Source: Octopus sinensis (lineage: Eukaryota). From it: a stretch of DNA of 64,000 nucleotides. The stretch covers positions 106,516,001-106,580,000 of the forward strand of contig NC_042997.1 in assembly GCF_006345805.1 (NCBI RefSeq), read 5' to 3'. Made by a program: the position numbers and the translations under genes. Position 1 is the stretch's first letter; every line of letters starts with the position of its first letter. Positions 1 to 12,442 of the stretch are shown here, piece by piece. The notes beneath the pieces are model-generated. The model had not been told where the DNA came from and ran no database searches. It was given only the letters and a program-made list of their open reading frames with translations.

Positions 1-339
1 AACCTTCTCTTTTGTCACTCAGTGGTGTACATGTAGGAACGTAATGATTGAAATATGAGATTTTGTTGTATGATCTATCAATTTGGAAACTTTGTGATGA
101 AAACTTCTTGCAATTATGTCGTATTTCTCGATGCATATGTGCTTGACATTCCATTTATCATTACAAGAGTGATGAAAAGATCCATAATTACGTAGGTAAG
201 TCATGTCATCCTGACTTAATTACATGAATATATCGTGAGCTTCCAGTTAAACTGAATGGGAGAATACATAGCTTAGAACAACCTAATAATTCCTTAACCC
301 TCTTTCTTGCACCTTCATTCTCACATGCTTTGTGCATAG

Positions 340-1055
340 GACCGAGGCGTGGAATTTTTTCAGAAGCATTATCATAATTGAGACGAGGGACTTTTTTGGG
401 CCAGGATCTATGGATAATTTCCAGAAATCCTTGGCTTGACAGTGCTGCCAGGATTGGAGATAAACTCTACAGGCGTGGAAGTACCGTCAACCGGGCTAGC
501 CAGAGAGGCGCACAGGGCGACGAAACTTCTGCACACTCGTCCATGGCTTGGGTATGGTTGACTTGTGGGTTTATGTCGAACACCTACTGTCACATGTAGG
601 ATGGATCTAGCTCTCGGATGAGTCCACTACGAAGTTCGTACCGCCACCTTCCTTTGGCCGGGAAGAGAAGACAGTGTTTCTTTTGCTGGTAATCTTAGTG
701 AAAGAGGGTAGCGTGAGAAGTACTGCATCCCAGCAATTTTGTTAAAAGTGAGGTAAATGTTGCAAGAATGGTCCTAGTGAACGGGATTACTCTAAGTATA
801 CGCCTGTCGGTTGAAGGAGAAAGATGTGAAGAAGACACTTGCCCAAGTGGTTAGGGCGACCGTGCTTTTGTGGGGTTTCCTCGAGCAACCCTAGGAAATC
901 TCCGTCTTTCGAGTAATTATTAATCATAATTTTTTTATTGTTGCGGTTTTTTAATTTTTACATGGTTTTTATGTAACCCACATTGCATTGTCCTGTACCG
1001 TCCCCAATGTTTTTGTAAAAATTTAGTAGTCAATAAAGAAAACATTATTATTATC
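340..1055 (+). mobile_element. Degenerate 3' end of an L1/Tx1-like LINE
   Basis: Frameshifted peptide GDKLYRRGSTVNRASQRGAQGDET-(AH)...DLWVYVEHLLSHVG..LSDES..FVPPPSF.REEKTVFLLLVILVKE resembles the C-terminal zinc-knuckle region of L1/Tx1 ORF2. It is followed by AATAAA (about 1032) and an (ATT)n tail. Confidence 0.55.
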
Positions 1056-1103
1056 CTTAGTAGTAGTAGTACCAGCAGAAGTACTACTACTAGTAGTAGC
1101 AGT

Positions 1104-1490
1104 AAGGCGGCGAGCTGGCAGAAACGTTAGCACGCCGGGCGAAATGCGTAGCCGTATTTCGTCTGCCGTTACGTTCTGAGTTCAAATTCCGCCGAGGTCG
1201 ACTTTGCCTTTCATCCTTTCGGGGTCGATTAAATAAGTACCAGTTACGCACTTCGACTTAATCCGTTTGTCTGTCCTTGTTTGTTCTCTCTGTGTTTAGC
1301 CCCTTGTGGGTAGTAAAGAAATAGGTATTTCGTCTGCTGCTACGTTCTGAGTTCAAATTCCACCGAGGTCGACTTTGCCTTTCATCCTTTCGGGGCCAAT
1401 AAATTAAGTACCAGTTGCGTACTGAGGTCGATCTACTCGACTGGGCACCCTCCCCCAAAATTTCGGGCCTTGTGCATAGAGTAGAAAAGA
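1104..1490 (+). mobile_element. tRNA-derived SINE with an internal partial duplication (octopus OK/OR-type family)
   Basis: A-box-like GCTGGCAGAAACG and B-box GAGTTCAAATTCC. The core ...GACTTTGCCTTTCATCC... occurs twice and recurs at about 26170, 29110, 37560-38060 and 61290 (minus). Family name recalled. Confidence 0.8.
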
Positions 1491-1523
1491 TTATGATTAT
1501 TATTATTATTATTATCATTATTC

Positions 1524-2845
1524 AGTTGTCTTATTTTTATCATGTGCTTTCACTGCACTACCGAGCGCAGCTCTGTGTGCCTTGGGTATGTGCTGTGGTT
1601 TGTTGCGATGATCCTATTTTTACTGTATTGAAAGTGTTTTACGTAGGATGTGTGCGATGCCTAGTAGTGCTATTTTCTGTATGTTTTGTATACTTGGTAG
1701 TCCTCGTTTTTGTTATGTATTTGTCTGAATATTTTTTTTAATCATACTTAATGCGCCTACCATGATAGGAATTGTTTCTGCTTTTAGACTCCACATTCGA
1801 GTTACCTCTATTTCCAGGTCTTTGTGTTTTGAAACTTTCTCCGTTTCTTTTAGAAACATTGTCATCTGTTGGTATTGATATATCGATTAGAAAGCATTTT
1901 GTCTTGCTGATCTCTGACAACTATATCCGACCTATTGGCCTTAATTTTTCTACCTGTGTGTATAGGCATATCCCATAGTGTGTTTGCTTTCTCATTTTCT
2001 ATTACCTTTTCTGGCGTGTGCCTATACCATCTTTTTTCTGCTATTCCATAGAATTGGCATAGCTTCCAGTGTATATAAATCCCAACTCTGTCGTGTCTGT
2101 GAATATATTCCTTCTTAGCCAGGATTGTTTCTTGTCCACCTCCACATATTCTGCAGTTACTTGTATTTCTTTTCATAACATATTTTTGATAATTTCTGGT
2201 GGGGAGGCTTTCGTCTTATGCCGCAATTAAAAATCCTTCTGTCTCTGCTTTGAGTCCTGAGCTTCTCAGCCGCTGTTGACATTTTGCTTTGTATATTTCA
2301 TTTGCGTTTAGTTTAGCCCAGTATTTGCCATGAAGGGACTTTTCTTGCCATCATTTATCATGATTCGTTGCTCTTCCAGTTTTAGTTTGGATTTCACTTG
2401 TTTTACAGCTTTTGTTGTTTCTTCTTCTTCTTCGTAGTCGTTAGGTACTATGACTTCTTTGTTATATATGTCAGCTTCCTTAAAAACTGAAAACAGTTTT
2501 TTGTTTTGTTTGTGTTTTGTGGCTATTTGTATTACTTTTTCTATTATTATTTAACAGTTGGTGGTTTCAGGCAAATTTCTTCTGCATCACCTGCTACATC
2601 TCCGTGTTGCTGTGGGGTGTGTGCAATATTGTGTTTTTTGTTGTTGTTGGGAGTCTGCAAACTCTTCCCAGTATTGTATTGCGTCAGTTTCTTTTTTTAT
2701 AAGGTATGATGCAGTCTTTTGTCGTATTAGTGTTTGTATTGAGATGGGTGTGTAATGCGTTGGGTAATAGCCTGTTGGTGGTAATTTATTTCATTGGATA
2801 TTTGCTGTATATAGTGCGTCTTGTGTTTGTGGATTGTTTTCTTCA
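1524..2845 (-). mobile_element. Non-LTR retrotransposon remnant with restriction-like endonuclease (R4/Dong-like)
   Basis: WQEKSLHGKY...LKAETEGFLIAA..SLPTRNY, CRIC..ETI, RHDRV..IHW.LC, LWD.PI.T...ANR.DIVV and LID.SIP.D.N. (TAA)n tail near 1495-1523. Confidence 0.88.
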
Positions 2846-3289
2846 GGTTGAAGATAAAGTTATTTCTATGAAACGTTGTTAAAAAATATTAGCTACAAAA
2901 AAAAATGTGTGGCTTTAAGTGACAAAAAAAGTTGATACTCATAAGAAATCAAAAGGTTTTTGTCATTTTAATAAAATAATATTATTTGAAACCAATAAAT
3001 ATTTCAGAAAAGACTCTGTCCAAAAATATTAAGCATGAAAACGTTATGATTCTTTATGATTTCATCTTAATTTTTGTTTTTATGTATTAAAATATGTACA
3101 TACAAAAACATATTAAAATTAAAAAAATTCACTCATTAAAAGAAATATTTAATAATTGTTTAATTAGAATCTATCATTATGGTATAATAAACAATTTTTA
3201 AAACTATATTTATTTGTAACAGATATGCTGCTATTAATCCTTTGTTATTTTAGGTACAAACAAAATTCGTAAGTTTGAAAAAATCCATA

Positions 3290-3672
3290 TTCTTTTACTT
3301 GTTTTAGTCATTTGACGGCAGCCATGCTGGAGTACCACCTTTAGTCGAGCAAATCGACCCCAGGACTTATTCTTTGTAAGCCTAGTACTTATTCTATCGG
3401 TCTATTTTGCCGAACCGCTAAGTTACGGGGACGTAAACAAACCAGCATCGGTTGGCAAGTGATGTTGGGTGGACAAACACAGACACGCACACACACACAT
3501 ATATATATATATACATACGACGGGCTTCTTTCAGTTTCCGCCTACCAAATCCACTCATAAGGCTTTGGTCGGCCCGATGCTATAGTAGAAGACTTGCCCA
3601 AGGTGCCAAGGGACTGAACCCAGAACCATGTGATCGGTAAGCAAGCTACTTACCATACAGCAACTCCTGTGC
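3290..3672 (-). mobile_element. CORE-type tRNA-derived SINE (composite), a family with many copies in the window
   Basis: Head GTGGTAAGTAGCTTGC, B-box GGTTCAGTCC and CCTTGGGCAAGTGTCTTCTACTATAG core. Further copies at about 9235-9615, 30640-31170, 31270-31660, 35320-35520, 38570-38880, 50240-50617, 52280-52450 and 61880-62490. Confidence 0.85.
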
Positions 3673-3824
3673 CTATATTTAAACAAATACAATAGTATCA
3701 TTGTTTTCAATTATAAATGTAAATATAACTAAATATAATAATAGAAGTTTTGCCTGCTAAAGAAATGAACTAGAATGAAAAATCCAGGTGCAGAATCCTA
3801 AAATATTCATAAGAATTGAAGCTG

Positions 3825-3875
<51 letters not shown>

Positions 3876-4439
3876 CAAAATGGGACAAGAACGCAAAACA
3901 TACGGACAACTAGGTGATACAAAAAGGGACAACAAAACATCCAGATACAAAAAAACAAGGATGGGTCATTTGAAGCCTTTTATCCTCAGTCAAGAACCGG
4001 ATCATCCTCGCAATTTCGGCTATATTTGCTTTTTATGGCAAATTTTAAAAAATTCAAGTTAACATCTTTTATTTAAAATTTTCTAAAACATTTATATTTA
4101 GTGTTATATTATTTTTTAATTTTATTTTCTTAAAAAAACTCATTATCCCAAAATTTCAAAACATAGATATTGTATTATAAAATTATACACGTTATTTGAA
4201 AAAGTAAAATATAGTAAAAAAAATTATTATTATTTCTTTAGAGTTTGCATTATCAGATAACAAAGTATTTTTTATTTACAGATAGAAAAATATTTTAAAA
4301 ACTGAAAGCTAATAAACAAATTGAGGGCAAAATGTAGAAACGACCCTCTAGCGTCTTTAGAAAAAAATATTCTGCTGAAATTGCTATTATGTGATTTTTT
4401 AAATATATAAATTTGTAATATCAACTTTTAGTGAAAAGA

Positions 4440-5118
4440 TTAATTGCCTACAAGTTTACACATTAAAAGTGAATATAAATGGCTTCAAACAACCAAATTC
4501 AGTCCAACAACTTTATACTTCATATAGGAATTGGTCCTGTAGTAGAAGGAACTGGTGAAATTATCATACTCCAGGATGTAACATTTTCCTGATTTCAATG
4601 ACTCTCATTTCCTTGGCTTTTCAATAGAAACATCATATAGAAATGCATTCTAGAGCCAGAAAGATTTTCTGCACCCAAAAATATTGATGTTGTTCTCATC
4701 AATGGGGAAATACTAAAACTGTTTCCAGGATATGACAGGGTTCTCTTTAGTTATGATGAAGGTTTGTATCAAGATTTCCCTTCAGAATTTACGACAGGGT
4801 ACTTAAATACACTAAATATTTCAGGTTTACCATCACACATCTTAAAATTAAAGATTAATGCAATAATTATTCTTTTACATACAACTGACCAACCTAATGG
4901 CATGTGTAATTGTATATGTTTAGTTATTCAAGCCATTTAAGGAAAAGTTCTTAAGGCAAAAATTATAACTGAAGAACTACATAAAAAAAAAACTATAGTA
5001 ATACCAAGAGTTACTCTTTCTGCAGTTGGTAAAGAGTTACCATTTACATTAATTAGACAACACTTTCCTATTAAATTAGCAATGGCAAGAACAATTAATA
5101 AATGACAAGGATGAACAC
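4440..5118 (+). mobile_element. Helitron PIF1-type helicase pseudogene fragment
   Basis: Interrupted frame APKN.DV..IN.EIL..FPG...YLNTLNISGLPSH.LKLK.NA.IILL...IPRVTL...LPF...RQHFPI.LAMA.TINK*QG*T matches the PIF1/Helitron helicase C-terminal motifs. Confidence 0.85.
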
Positions 5119-5119
5119 T

Positions 5120-6400
5120 TCTGCCTCTGCCCTAACTAGATATACCTTATACCTGACATCTAGCTTCTCTTTTAGCTATGGTTCTTTGCTACCCCAATTC
5201 TTCCAGTCTTTCCAAGCTCATCTCTTCTCTTTTATAGCCCTGTAGACCTTACTTTTCCTCCACCATGTCATCCTTGGTCGGGTAGAAGCTTTGCTCCAAC
5301 CACAGATTTGGTCTGTCACCCTCAGTAGATTACCCTGTAAGAACTTTCAGTTATCCTGTGTCATATCTCCATCTCTACCTCCTTTTCATCAAAGGCTTCA
5401 TTAAGGACATCTCTGCCTATTTAAAGGACCCTTGAGCCTCCATAGCCTCCTTTTCCATATTGGTTTGTGTCTTGAGATCCTTCTGTCCTTAAATCCGAAG
5501 TGGCTAACCACTATGATGAATTATACATTCTTCACCTGAGAAAGACTTTGCATTCAGGAGCATATGCCTGTCCCCATTTCTGGTAAGGATAAAATCAATC
5601 TGGCTTGTGTGCCCATCAGATTGATAAGTGACCAGAAGGCTGGCAAGTTTCTTGAAGTTGGTGTTGCAAACAATTAAGCATTTGCATCACAGAACTCTAA
5701 CAACCTTGTTTCCTCCTCGTTTCTGGAACCAAAACCGTAGCCACTGTGCATGCCATGAAAACTATTGGAGCGTTTTCAAACATGGCCATTGAAGTTCCCT
5801 GCCATGAAGAGAATGTCATTGTCTATCATCATCAAGGTAGTCTGCTGAAGGGATTAATAGAAACGGTCTCTCTGAATATCTGCAAATCTGACATGCAGAG
5901 ATAAATGACTCTATTACATTAAACAGGATTAATCTTAGGTTAACAATCCTATCACATACCCTGGCTACCTCAGTTACCTTTCCCTGTCCAAAGAATACCT
6001 ATACCATCTAACCTGTTACTGCTTCTGGTACAGAAGAATTTGTAACTATGTCTCTTGCCCACAAGCAATCTAGCTGAGGTTGCTCTCCATCGTACCTCTT
6101 GCACACAGCACACGTCTACTCAAGCATTCCAACAATTTCATCAGGTCTACCTTTCATTATACCAATGCTGATTGTGGCAGCTTTTAGCTTGTAATCCTGA
6201 AAAGACTGAGTGGGAAGTTGTAGAGAGGTTTTAAGCACCTGAAAAGATGTTAGCAGTCACTTACCCAAAGATAGTGGGTCCTTTGGCTTAGTGTAAGCAG
6301 ATGCAGGTACAGGTTGCAGCATGTATTACAATTACAGTTTCCTTCAGTCCCATAAACCCTCCATGAATATGCAAGCATGGAGGAGGGCAATGCAGAAGTG
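5120..6400 (-). mobile_element. RTE-clade LINE remnant (AP endonuclease region)
   Basis: Decayed FMAGNFNGHV...[25 protein letters not shown] and SRPRMTWW, the same family as 33320-34870. Confidence 0.75.
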
Positions 6401-6652
6401 GCCACAAGCCATGCTAATACATACTTCTACATCACCAGCATCTCATTGTAGATATGTATACATAAACATACACCCATATACATAGTGTGTACATGAACAA
6501 TGCATTGCACATAGAGACAGGCATGTGGAGCTCAGAGGCTGTTTACATGCATTACATGTACCCATATATTATGCACTTGTAAAAACAGTTCACAGGCTGT
6601 AAAAGTCATCAAGTACACTATATGTTTATCTCTATGCATACACAGACATGTA

Positions 6653-7934
6653 TATACTTATCAGCATAAATAAATCTTTTTATTCTTTTATTTTTCAAAA
6701 TTAAAATAAACAAAGTTCTTTTTAATCTAAAATATACTCTTTCATTTTCTACAGTGCTTTTCCATCTATCTTGTAGACTTGCAGGATTCCTCTTCCAAAA
6801 TTCACTTGTCCATGACAAAAAATACTCCTCCAGTACTGTTCAGACCTCCTCTACAGAATTCATACTTTTTCCGTCCAAATAAATTTGAAGACTACAGAAT
6901 AAATGATAATCAGATGGAGCAATGTCTGGCGAATATGGTGGGTGGGGCATCATTTCACATCCAAACTCCTCCAGCCTTTGGAATGTCATCCTCGCTGTAT
7001 GTGGCTGAGCATTATCCTGATGGAAGAAAGAACACCTTTCGCCTTGAAACCAAAGATGATCGTTTTTCTTCTAGCACTGACTTAAGCCATTCAAGCTTCT
7101 CACAGTAGATCTCCTTTGTTATCATTTGGTGTGGGTTTAAAAGTTCAAAGTGGACCAAACTTTACATATCCCACCAAACAGATAACAACATCTTACATGG
7201 GTGAAGACCTTCTTTAACCTGGGGTGCCGGTGTTTCTTCCTTCCCTACCATGTTTGGTGTTTGACATTTTTATAGAGAACCCATTTCTTGTCACCAGTCA
7301 CTATTCAGTCCAAAAAAGGTTCATTTGTGAGCTGTGAGAGTGAAGAAGAGCACATATCCATCTACTGCACATGATTAGAATCAGAATGTTTGTGAGGAAC
7401 CCATGGACCCAATTTACCGACTTTTCTGATGGCACGCAGGTGTTGATAAATGATTGAATGATCAAATCCAAGCTTCTTTGCTAGTTCCTCAACAGTTATG
7501 ATGGGATTTTGTTCCACCAGGGCTTGCACGACATCTTCGCCAAGCTTTACAGATCTTCAAGCATGAGGCTTGTCTTCTAGCCTATAGTTTCCAGCTCAGA
7601 ATTTCTGGACCCACCATTGATGCTGGTTTATGCTTATTGTCCGATCCCCATATACTGCATTAATATTCCTCGTACTTTCCATTGCATTGTTGCTTTCATT
7701 GAACTCATAAAGCAAAATATGCCGAACATGCTCCTTTGTCACTTCCATTAGAGCGTTGAAAAAATAACTTAAAATCAAACTGCACTCTTCAAAATTTGCA
7801 CTAAGAATAAATACAAGTTAAAATTACTACCTGCTTTTAAAGCAAGTTGATGCAGGTAGTTTATCCCATCTCCATGCGACTTTTAGTTCATGCAATTGAA
7901 AAAAACCACATTATTTATGGGATGACCTAATATA
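6653..7934 (-). mobile_element. Near full-length degenerate mariner transposon (about 1.28 kb)
   Basis: N-terminal HTH (ORF 7596..7778), WVPH, IVTGDKKWVLY, HQDNAQPH and [17 protein letters not shown]. One clear TIR ending in TA (cattatttatgggatgacctaata) and a decayed partner near 6653. Confidence 0.9.
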
Positions 7935-9094
7935 TACTCATAGTTCTCCAATGAACAGACTCATACATGAGCAGGGTAAACAAACATACATGAACATCAA
8001 CATGTGCACATGCACTCAAACCTCCTTTTAGGTGGTAGTGAAGGGCAGGAGGGATATGAAACAAGATTTAGTTCAGACTGCACAAATAGACTGTCCTCCA
8101 TGAAGATTTCTAGGAGAGAGGTGAATTGGAAATTTCCAACCAAAATTGAAAGTACCTGCAGGAGCATATAGACTAAGAGAGATTGGATGGGGTGAAATTT
8201 AAAACTTAGAATAGAAATTAAAAGTTGTTCTTGTAAGAAAGATTGACAGATTAATAGATGGGAGAGAAGGAGAGAGAATTCAAGACAGAGAGATAAGGTG
8301 AAGGTAATGAAAACAGTGGGACTGAATGAAATTTGACTAAATTATATCATCACATATATGTGGGGCAGCAACAATAAGGAAGGCTGAAGAATAAGAATAA
8401 AGTAAAAATAAACCAGTTTGCTTAGCTGTTTTAGTTTCAGTATACCAAGTGAACTTCCAGAAATGAAACTGTAAACCATGTGCCAATACAATGATATCAA
8501 ATAAATGTAAAATATGTTTTATATATATATAATATAAAAATCCATGTAATTTGCCCACTTGTGCAATTTATGAAGGTGATTTTCAGGATAAAAATTGTTA
8601 AAAAAAATGCTTCTATTCATGTAAAATTCACACCCCAAAGTTTTCAGAATTGCCAATACAGCCAGAGGAAAAAGGTTTTCAATTTAGTTGTATTTAGCAT
8701 AATTCAACTTACTTATGATTAGATGTTATTAAATTTTCATTAAATAAATTTCTGTTTAACAGGTATCTCATTAAAAGCTATTAAATTATAAAGTGTTTGC
8801 ATTGTTCACTTTGATCTTTAGCATACTGCTGTATGTCTTCTCAAATCCTCAAATCACAATTACAGAAAAAGCTGTTGATAAGAATTATCAACAAAAACAA
8901 AGCTGATAAATACGCACAGATGTTGCAAATTAAGTTTAATTACCAATAAACATCAAATTTTTGCAAGTTTTTGGTGAACTACAACTGCTAACATTATTAA
9001 ATAACTCCAAGCCTCCAGAAACAGCTGTAACACTACACTTTCTCCCCTCTAATTATTTGACTCTGTAATCTGAGAAAGTCTGCTTCACCTTTTC

Positions 9095-9100
9095 TTTATT
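9095..9100 (-). promoter_or_regulatory. Candidate polyadenylation signal for FPGS
   Basis: First AATAAA I found on the minus strand downstream of the stop (about 600 nt). No transcript evidence. Confidence 0.3.
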
Positions 9101-9696
9101 TACATATATACATGTAAATCAAACCCATCTCTATATAAAACCCAAGAAGTTTCATCTGTTAATTTGTATCATTCTCTCTCTCTCCCTACACACACACATA
9201 TATATACACACACAGACACACACATATATACACATTCACTTGTTTCAGTCATTTGACTGAGCTCATACTGGAGCAACACTTACTTAAAGAGATTGATCCC
9301 AAGACTTATTCTTTGTAAGCGTGGTACTTATTCTATCAGTTTCTTTAACTGAATCATTAAGTTTCGGGGAAAAATATACACCAACATTGGTTGTCAAGCA
9401 ACAGTGGGGAGACAAACACAGACGCACACATATAAATATATTCATATATAGATGTATATATGATGGGCTTCTTTCAGCTTCTGTCAACCAAATCCACTCG
9501 CAAGGCTTTGGTCGGCCTGAGATTATAGCAAAGGACACTTGCCCAAGGTGCCATGTAGTGGAACTGAACCCAGAACCATGTGGTTGGGAAGCAAGCTTCT
9601 AACCACACAGCCACACCTATATATATATATATATATATGTACACACACACACACACACACACACACATCAGATATATTTTTGAAAAATCATAACTT

Positions 9697-10022
9697 TTAA
9701 AGCCCATCAGTATTTAAAAATGATAACAGCTTTCCCACCAAGAGAAGACTACCAGTTGCAAGAAGCTGAATATGAGCAGCTCCTCTGAGTAATGCAGGAA
9801 CACCAATCAACTTGTATGAGGGCTTCACAAGGTTTTTAACATCTGAAGAACACCAATACAAGGCATCATTGACAGAAGGACATAGAATACTAACAGCTTC
9901 CATTGTATTTCTTCGAGTTGACTTATACTGACATTCAGAAATTTCCTGATGAAGGTTGTACCACACAGTCTGCATATCTCTGCAATGTTCCATATTCTCC
10001 AGGGTAGCTAATTCTTTGAGAT
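9697..10022 (-). CDS. FPGS: FPGS last coding exon ([13 protein letters not shown]...[20 protein letters not shown])
   Basis: gactag|at acceptor. Contains ORF 9697..9993, whose C-terminal LR.AA.I.LL.TGSL.LVG resembles the FPGS C-terminus. TAA stop at 9699-9697. Confidence 0.93.
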
Positions 10023-10941
10023 CTAGTCAAGATATTAAGAATAAAATAAAAGTTTGAGTAAACATTCTAATTACATTCCATATTCAAATATCACAAAGGT
10101 CAAATTTGTCTTTATTCTTCCCAAGATTACAAGAAAGGGAGTTGCATTAGGGCCAATTTCATTTTATTGACTTTGGGAGCTGGAGTCCCAAAGGTAGTTA
10201 GAAGTTGTATTTTGATTTCCTTCTGGTGACTCCAACAAAGTCATTAGGGTCATGCCTTTTCTCCCCTTGCCATTTGTTTAGAAATCATCAATAAAGTAAA
10301 AAGGGGGAGTCTTGTTGTATAAATAACTGTTGGTCTTCCATATAAAATGTGCCCAAGCCTGCACCCAAAATAGATACAGTTCCAGGAGTTCACAAGACTG
10401 AAAAATGCTTATAACATACTTGAGAAACAGGGAAAGAGGAGAATAACAGAAAGAGCCAAAAATAGCAAGTGGAAGATGCACATATTCCATGAGCAGAGCA
10501 AATGAAAACATCTATCAATAGGAAGTTAACAACTTAGTCTTTTTTTCAACTGTACAATGACATAATTACTTCACATATCAGAACAACCACCACAAACAAA
10601 GAATACATATCAAAATTTACACTGCAATAAATACTATGCCCTGCAATATCACTTTTTAACATTATAATTATCTATGCGAAGTCACTATCCCTTGGTGATT
10701 TTACATATATAGTTTTATCAAAACTGAGCAACCTCATAGCAACAAAAAACCTTATGGGTTACTGACTTCCACAAATCTGAAAAGAGACCTATAATAGTAT
10801 TTGTCTGTCTTAATAAAGTTCCCCCAACTCATGCAAACTAGAGCAAAATGGACAGTAAAACAATAATGATGAGAGATGTATGAATGTGCATGAGGGAGGG
10901 GAGAAGGAATAGAGGAGAAGAGGAGATAGAGGAGAGGGGAT

Positions 10942-10976
<35 letters not shown>

Positions 10977-12395
10977 AAGATAGCAAGTACTGAAGGAATT
11001 TTAAATGGTAGCAAACACTTACCTTCAATAACTTTAGGATTATGTTGAAGATTTGGCAGGAAAATTACAACATCAAATGAACATTCCTAATTATAACAAA
11101 AATAGAAAAATATGACAATCACATTCATAACAAAATGTTAATTCTTTTATCATTAAAATTTTTTAAGTCTTTTATTTGTTCTTAGTAAATTAATACAAGA
11201 GGAACATCACAAAATGTGGTTGTTTCTAACCTTCACATATGTTTATATGTTCACAGAGTCCTATTTGTCTGTACTATGATGTTTGAATCTGTAATCTATG
11301 CAAAGTCATGCTTTGCATCAAGAATATCTTAGTTTGCCCTATGTAGTTTTCTCCACATTCTGAACATGTTATTCTATAAATTAGATTTTCAAATGCACAG
11401 ATTAAGTTATTTTCCCCATTTTGAAGAGCTGTCTTTGTTTACAACAGATCTCCAACATTTCTGACAGATTTAAACATATACCACAGTTGGATCATTTGCC
11501 TTTTTTCACTGCTGGTTCTATTGTGTGTAGTTTGGCCTTTGTTAATATTTTTTCAATGATTTCAGCAATCTTTTGCTTTTAATAAATGTTATATGTTTGA
11601 AAACTTTATTTCATTCTAACACCTATTTATTGAAGATTGCTATGCTTTGGAATGAGAGGAACATTGCTGCAGCAGTGACTCTCAAAGAGTCTACTTGGTG
11701 CTTGCCAATGCCTTGCAAGCATTTGTTGCTAGAAAAATAAAATTCATGCTTTGATATGTAAGAAACAGTGAATAATGCATTCACTTGTACTACAAAAAGC
11801 CTTCTGGGATGTAAAAAAAAACAGTCAATGCAATTCTACATATACATTTAAGATATGACACGCAGATGAAAATTTAAATTTAATGCTATTTCAATTGCAT
11901 TCAGAGCTTTAAAAGACTGAAAGGCTTTCTGTAATATCATTGAAAGTATTATCTACCATTTCTTATATATCTGGTAAACAGCACTGACCAGCTAGAAGTA
12001 GGGCAAAACATGCTTGGCATTCTTCTGAGTCATTGCTGTGCCGTTTTGCTCCAGTATACACTGTGTTTTTAACACATGTCCATGAAAAGATTTTCTCTTA
12101 GATAAAAACTACAGCATTGTACCTTTCAATTTATAAGGATACACAGATGGCAACATTTTATTGTAACTTTTTTTTATACAATCAATTTTTATTACAGTAC
12201 CTCTATCTCTCTCATACTATATATATATATATATATATATAGCGAGAAGTTGAGGTTACAAGAGATAATGGTGTCATTCAGACACCATTGTTATTATTAA
12301 TTAATATTCTAGAAACAGCTGTAAGACTTTCTATCTATAAATGCTCTAATATCTATACAGCCTTGGGTTTTTTTATCTCATTACGCAAAAAATTC

Positions 12396-12442
<47 letters not shown>

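Noticed and set aside
121-201. Strong plus-strand donor (tag|gtaagt) suggesting an exon of a neighbouring gene
   Set aside because: All three frames contain stops, and no acceptor or recognisable product was found.
2846-2882. TGAAGA...GAAACGTT-GTT, a hammerhead-like remnant
   Set aside because: Stem II does not pair cleanly and the 5' stem I strand is lost at the LINE junction, so it is too degraded to call.
3955-4025. CTGAGGA on the minus strand in a TA-flanked repeat fragment
   Set aside because: No intact GAAA or stem III follows.
6779-7108. 109-aa plus-strand ORF with an acceptor-like upstream sequence, resembling a terminal exon
   Set aside because: It is the antisense of the mariner transposase ([14 protein letters not shown] on the minus strand).
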